The position numbers were made by a program, and so were the translations under genes. Under the pieces are notes generated by a model that made no database searches, was not told where the DNA came from, and worked only from the letters and a program-made list of their open reading frames with translations. Positions 5,789 to 6,689 of a stretch of 6,689 nucleotides of DNA are shown here, piece by piece; the stretch's first letter is position 1, and every line of letters begins with the position of its first letter. This DNA comes from Octopus sinensis (lineage: Eukaryota), in contig NW_021829363.1 of NCBI RefSeq assembly GCF_006345805.1, positions 1-6,689 on the forward strand. Direction: 5' to 3'.

Positions 5789-6281
5789 GGAAAAGAGAGA
5801 AAGGGAGAAAGAATGTGAGGAAGAAAGAGAAAAGAAGACAATGAGCAAGTTAGAAGTAAAGAGAAAGAAAGGGAAACAAAAAGAGGAGATAGAAAGAAAG
5901 AGGAAAAGAAGGAAGGAAGGAAGGAAGGAAGGGAGACATACAGAAAGAGAAAGAATGAAAGAGAGATAGACAAAATGAATGAGATTGAAAGAAAGAAAAA
6001 AAGGAAGAAACAAACAAAGACAAAAGAAAAGTAGAGAGAGGGGGGAGAAAAGCAGAAGATAGATCAAGAAAAGAAGAAAAACATGGAAAATGACAGAAAA
6101 GAAAGCAAGAAAGAAAGAAGAAAACAAAGAAAGAGAAACAGAAAAGGAAGGAAAGAAAGAAAGAAGGCCAATAGAGAGAAGAGAGAGGAAGAAAGAGAGT
6201 GAGTGAGAAAAATAAATAGAGAGAGAGAGAAGGAAATAAAGAAGGAAGGAAAGACAGAGAGAGAGAGAAAGAAAAGAAGAA
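5789..6281 (+). repeat. Polypurine/polypyrimidine low-complexity tract: (GA)n, (GAAA)n, (GAAG)n
   Basis: The + strand is almost entirely A/G over about 490 bp, including a (GAAG)n run near 5908-5932. Confidence 0.95.
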
Positions 6282-6435
6282 CTTGTCTTGTGTCCAATTG
6301 AGAAATAGTTGAACTTCATTTGAAGGCTCGTTAAGAAGACTTAATTACTTTGGTCATAATTACTTCTGTTTAGGTTGGGACAGATACAAGTAATGGGATT
6401 ATTTTTAGGCTGCAAGAGTTTAAATTTGGACGATT

Positions 6436-6689
6436 CAGGCGAGTGTCTTTATAACCCTAGGCTGACCGATGCCTTTGTGAGTGGACTCAGTTGATGGAAA
6501 CTGTGTGGAATCCCGTGATGTTTGTGCGTGTGTGTGTGTGTGTGTTTGTCCCACTCACTTGGACCATCGCTGTTGGTTTGTTTGTGTTCCTGTAACTTAG
6601 CAGTTCGACAAATGAAACTGATTAAAGCCTGACTTAAAAGCTATGCACTGGGGGTCGATTTGTTCAAATGAAGCTAAACCTTTCAGGGC
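6436..6689 (+). mobile_element. Family 1 SINE, 5'-truncated older copy, running off the window end
   Basis: TTGTGAGTGGA..GGAAACTG..(TG)n TTTGTCCC..CCTGTAACTTAGCAGTTCGACAAA parallels 2707-2870. Confidence 0.75.

Noticed and set aside
5085-6310. A full hAT element bounded by 5085-5099 and AATTGAGAAATAGTT at 6296-6310
   Set aside because: The putative TIRs match at only 11/15 and there is no 8-bp TSD.
5497-6319. Long Phe/Leu/Ser-rich and Lys/Glu/Arg-rich ORFs (up to 210 aa) that mimic membrane or coiled-coil proteins
   Set aside because: These are artefacts of the purine/pyrimidine tract, which lacks stop codons on both strands.
6340-6435. Possible splice acceptors (TTCTGTTTAG|G, TATTTTTAG|G)
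   Set aside because: There is no strong paired donor or interpretable frame, and such sites are frequent in AT-rich DNA.

Overview
This is repeat-dominated, non-coding eukaryotic DNA with no confidently supported protein-coding gene. The interspersed repeats resemble octopus/cephalopod SINE families as I recall them; this is an inference, not a database result. From left to right: (1) a C/A-rich higher-order tandem array with ~300-bp units (1-1043); (2) a ~90-bp island holding a possible 63-nt exon with a GTAAGT donor at 1130; (3) a G/T-rich tandem array of nested ages (~1150-3917), with a young 150-bp-period core, interrupted by SINEs; (4) a dense cluster of about ten SINE copies or fragments from three families (2633-6689), plus (TA)n tracts and a ~490-bp purine-only strand. 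The most distinctive structure is a young two-segment inverted duplication: 3259-3423 equals the reverse complement of 3900-3935 joined to the reverse complement of 3624-3754. It creates a 131-bp near-perfect hairpin that spans a SINE/host junction. The long ORFs in the supplied track are repeat or low-complexity artefacts. I see no evidence of a new gene system; the findings concern repeat evolution, DNA-repair scars and possible dsRNA.
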